From contig JADFSZ010000096.1 in the NCBI GenBank assembly GCA_022560555.1, forward strand, positions 1 to 6,788: a stretch of 6,788 nt of DNA, given 5' to 3'. The stretch's first letter is position 1. The number at the start of each line of letters is the position of its first letter. Source of the DNA: PVC group bacterium (lineage in GTDB: Bacteria; GCA-001730085; JADFSZ01). The translations under genes and the position numbers were made by a program. Below the pieces are notes generated by a model that was not told the origin of the DNA, did not search any database, and worked only from the letters and a program-made list of their open reading frames with translations. This document shows positions 4,754-6,788 of the stretch, piece by piece.

Positions 4754-6316
4754 ATGAAACGCCTGAAAATATGTCTGATTAATCCAAAATTTGAGCCTTC
4801 CTATTGGGGCTTCGAATATGCATTGCCGCTTTATCCGGGGAAAAGGACATGCACGATGATCACGGGAGCCTTGCCCTATCTCGCGGGTCTTACTCCGGAT
4901 CACGAGGTTTATCTTCTTGATGAAAACGTGGAGGAGATTGACTTCGCGTCTCTCAAGGACTTTGATATCGTCGGTGTAACCGGCATGGTAGTCCAAAAGA
5001 AGCGCATGATGGAAATTCTGCGAAAGGTGCGTGAAATGAAGATCTTTACCATCGTTGGCGGTGCCTACGCTTCGGTTGATGAGAAACACTTCGACGGTTA
5101 CTGTGACGTCCTCTTTTCTGGTGAGGCTGATGAGACCTGGCCGGAGTTTATTGAATGTTTCGCATCAGGAAAAGAGTACAAGAAGTTTTACGAACAAGAA
5201 AATCGTACAGATATGACGACGGTTCCGAGTCCCCGATTTGATCTGCTTAAGGTTGACCGCTACGCTTCAGGAGCTATTCAGTTCTCTCGTGGTTGTCCCT
5301 TTCAGTGTGAATTCTGTGACATCATTATCACCTTTGGCCGCCGTCCAAGAACCAAGAAACCGGAGCAGCTTATTGACGAGCTCGATGACATGCGCAAGGC
5401 AGGCTTCTTCTCCTGCTTTATCGTTGATGATAATTTTATTGGAAACAAAAAGGCTGCGAAAGAGCTGCTTCGGCTCATGATTCCTTGGCAAAAGAAACAT
5501 AATTATCCGTTACGGATGTCGACCGAGGCAAGTATCAACTTGGCCGACGATGCTGAATTGCTTGATTTGATGTATCATGCGAATTTTCGGGCCGTCTTTA
5601 TCGGCATTGAGACGCCAAAGATGGAATCGCTAAAGGAGACAAAGAAATTTCAGAATATAGCAGGTGACTCCATGGAAGCTAAGTTAGATCGCATCTATAA
5701 AGCCGGTATAAATGTAAGGGCCGGATTTATTGTCGGATTTGATAATGATGACAAGAATATTTTTGAAGAGCAATACCAGTTTATTCAGAACAATGGAATT
5801 CTTATGGCCATGGTTGGTACTCTCATTGCGATACCGAAAACCCCGCTCTATAAACGCATGGAGAAGGAAGGGCGCCTCAGACTCGATGATCCAAATTGTA
5901 ATATCGCACCCAAACAAATGACACCGGACGAACTCCAGCAGGGTTACTGGGAACTCCTCAAGCGGCTCTACACACCGCAAGCCTTTATGGACAGGTATTT
6001 TAAAACTTTTCGATTTCCGGAATTCCGGCATAAACGGGCGGAAATATGTGACAAAGCCAACGAAGGAAAAATGATTCCGACTCTTGGATTTGGCTTGGTT
6101 TTGTTGTGGAATCTGTTTTGGACGCTGTTCAAAGACCGTAGTTTAAGAAAGGTGGGGGATGTTTACATTCGTAATTTTTTCAAGAACAGTCTGCGTTATC
6201 GACGAGACGTTATAGGCTTTGCGCAATTCATGAATGCATGTGTCACTCATTGGCATTTCTACAAATTTACACGAGAAGGCACAGAAGGCAGACTGCGTCT
6301 TTTCAATTCAGGCTAA
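4754..6316 (+). CDS. B12-binding domain-containing radical SAM protein (class B rSAM architecture) with DUF4070-type C-terminal region; substrate unknown
   Basis: The N-terminal Rossmann-like B12-binding-type region reads KICLINPKF...EVYLLDENVEE...DIVGVTGMV...FTIVGGAYAS. The radical SAM cluster motif is FSRGCPFQCEFCD (Cys codons at 5294, 5306, 5315), followed by core strands FIVDDNF, FIGIETP and GFIVGFDND. The C-terminal ~120 aa resemble the DUF4070 tail found in HpnP-like and many orphan B12-rSAMs. The alternative start at ATG 4748 adds only 2 aa. Confidence 0.85.
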   Translation: MKRLKICLINPKFEPSYWGFEYALPLYPGKRTCTMITGALPYLAGLTPDHEVYLLDENVEEIDFASLKDFDIVGVTGMVVQKKRMMEILRKVREMKIFTIVGGAYASVDEKHFDGYCDVLFSGEADETWPEFIECFASGKEYKKFYEQENRTDMTTVPSPRFDLLKVDRYASGAIQFSRGCPFQCEFCDIIITFGRRPRTKKPEQLIDELDDMRKAGFFSCFIVDDNFIGNKKAAKELLRLMIPWQKKHNYPLRMSTEASINLADDAELLDLMYHANFRAVFIGIETPKMESLKETKKFQNIAGDSMEAKLDRIYKAGINVRAGFIVGFDNDDKNIFEEQYQFIQNNGILMAMVGTLIAIPKTPLYKRMEKEGRLRLDDPNCNIAPKQMTPDELQQGYWELLKRLYTPQAFMDRYFKTFRFPEFRHKRAEICDKANEGKMIPTLGFGLVLLWNLFWTLFKDRSLRKVGDVYIRNFFKNSLRYRRDVIGFAQFMNACVTHWHFYKFTREGTEGRLRLFNSG

Positions 6317-6330
6317 CTTCACATTTAACT

Positions 6331-6337
6331 AAGGGGA
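6331..6337 (+). promoter_or_regulatory. Shine-Dalgarno-like AAGGGGA for the glutaredoxin-like gene
   Basis: The purine-rich SD ends 3-4 nt before ATG 6341. There is only a 24-nt gap after the rSAM stop, consistent with co-transcription. Confidence 0.5.
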
Positions 6338-6340
6338 ATT

Positions 6341-6697
6341 ATGAAATATATTCGAAAAATATTAGGCGCCCTTGTTGTATTCTTTGATGCCATAACGCGT
6401 CCAAAGCCGATCGAGAGATCCGTTGATGCTCAAAGCGATGTGGACCGCCGATCAAAGAATTTATCTTTGTATCAGTTTCATGCCTGTCCGTTTTGTGTCA
6501 AAGTGCGCCGGGCGCTTCACAAGTTGAATGTCAACATTGAACTAAGGGACGCCAAAACCGACATAATCGGAAATGAATTATTGAAAGAAGGCGGCAAACG
6601 TAAAGTGCCGTGCCTGCGTATCGAGCAAGACGGTGGGGTTCAATGGATGTATGATTCAAACAGCATCATTCAGTATCTTCAAACGGCTTTTAATTAA
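6341..6697 (+). CDS. Glutaredoxin-family thiol-disulfide oxidoreductase-like protein (CPFC active site) with a ~40-aa N-terminal extension containing a hydrophobic segment
   Basis: The thioredoxin-fold signature is LSLYQFHACPFCVKVRRAL (CPFC at nt 6485-6496), GGKRKVPCL (cis-Pro VP motif) and WMYDSNSIIQYL. The N-terminal KILGALVVFFDAITRPKP extension is conserved in a bacterial glutaredoxin-like subfamily as I recall it. Confidence 0.8.
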   Translation: MKYIRKILGALVVFFDAITRPKPIERSVDAQSDVDRRSKNLSLYQFHACPFCVKVRRALHKLNVNIELRDAKTDIIGNELLKEGGKRKVPCLRIEQDGGVQWMYDSNSIIQYLQTAFN

Positions 6698-6788
6698 TAA
6701 GTCCGAACTTGGCTCAGCCAGCGACTCCTTATCTTTTCCTCAAAATCAAAGGCTTCCAGCTGTGAATAAACCGCTCGTTTGCATCGCA

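Noticed and set aside
2-6697. Treating all six genes as one biosynthetic cluster, for example a C-methylated mannoside pathway combining GT4, GH130 and the B12-rSAM methylase
   Set aside because: It is attractive but unsupported. The two halves are separated by the only real intergenic gap, which carries a promoter-like element. No sugar-nucleotide or methyl-sugar-specific genes are present, and DUF4070-type rSAMs occur in many unrelated contexts. I kept it only as a possibility to test through synteny conservation.
6698-6788. 3' end of a convergent minus-strand gene at the right window edge, and a small hairpin TGGC-tca-GCCA at ~6709-6719
   Set aside because: Two minus-strand frames are open to the window edge, with stops at 6729-6731 or 6694-6696. 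Only 19-30 codons are visible and they carry no recognisable motif, so neither frame can be supported. The hairpin has a 4-bp stem with no T-tract, so it is not a credible terminator.
1-6788. Mobile element, phage-defence island, toxin-antitoxin pair, CRISPR array or tandem/inverted repeats
   Set aside because: I recognised no transposase, integrase or nuclease/ATPase defence-type motifs. I saw no direct-repeat/spacer periodicity and no terminal inverted repeats. The only internal similarity is the coding-level paralogy among the three GH130 genes.

Overview
All six supported genes are on the + strand, and Shine-Dalgarno sites are canonical, so this looks like a moderately AT-rich bacterium; no taxon can be assigned from sequence alone. 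Positions 2-4644 hold a tightly packed carbohydrate cassette. It consists of a GH130 (DUF377) gene truncated by the left window edge, a 751-aa GT4 glycosyltransferase fused to an unassigned helix-rich C-terminal domain, and two tandem GH130 paralogs. The junctions are a 17-nt overlap, a 12-nt gap and a 14-nt overlap, which suggests translational coupling. After a roughly 100-nt intergenic gap carrying a perfect extended -10 element comes a second unit. It encodes a B12-binding radical SAM enzyme with a DUF4070-type C-terminus (CX3CX2C at 5294-5317), followed 24 nt later by a CPFC glutaredoxin-like protein. I saw no rRNA, tRNA, CRISPR array, transposase, inverted terminal repeats or convincing intrinsic terminators. 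The best candidate for an undescribed system is the cytoplasmic GH130 x3 + GT4::helical-domain cassette, which may build and phosphorolyse an intracellular beta-mannoside. This rests on family-level recognition by eye, and nothing here was computed against a database.
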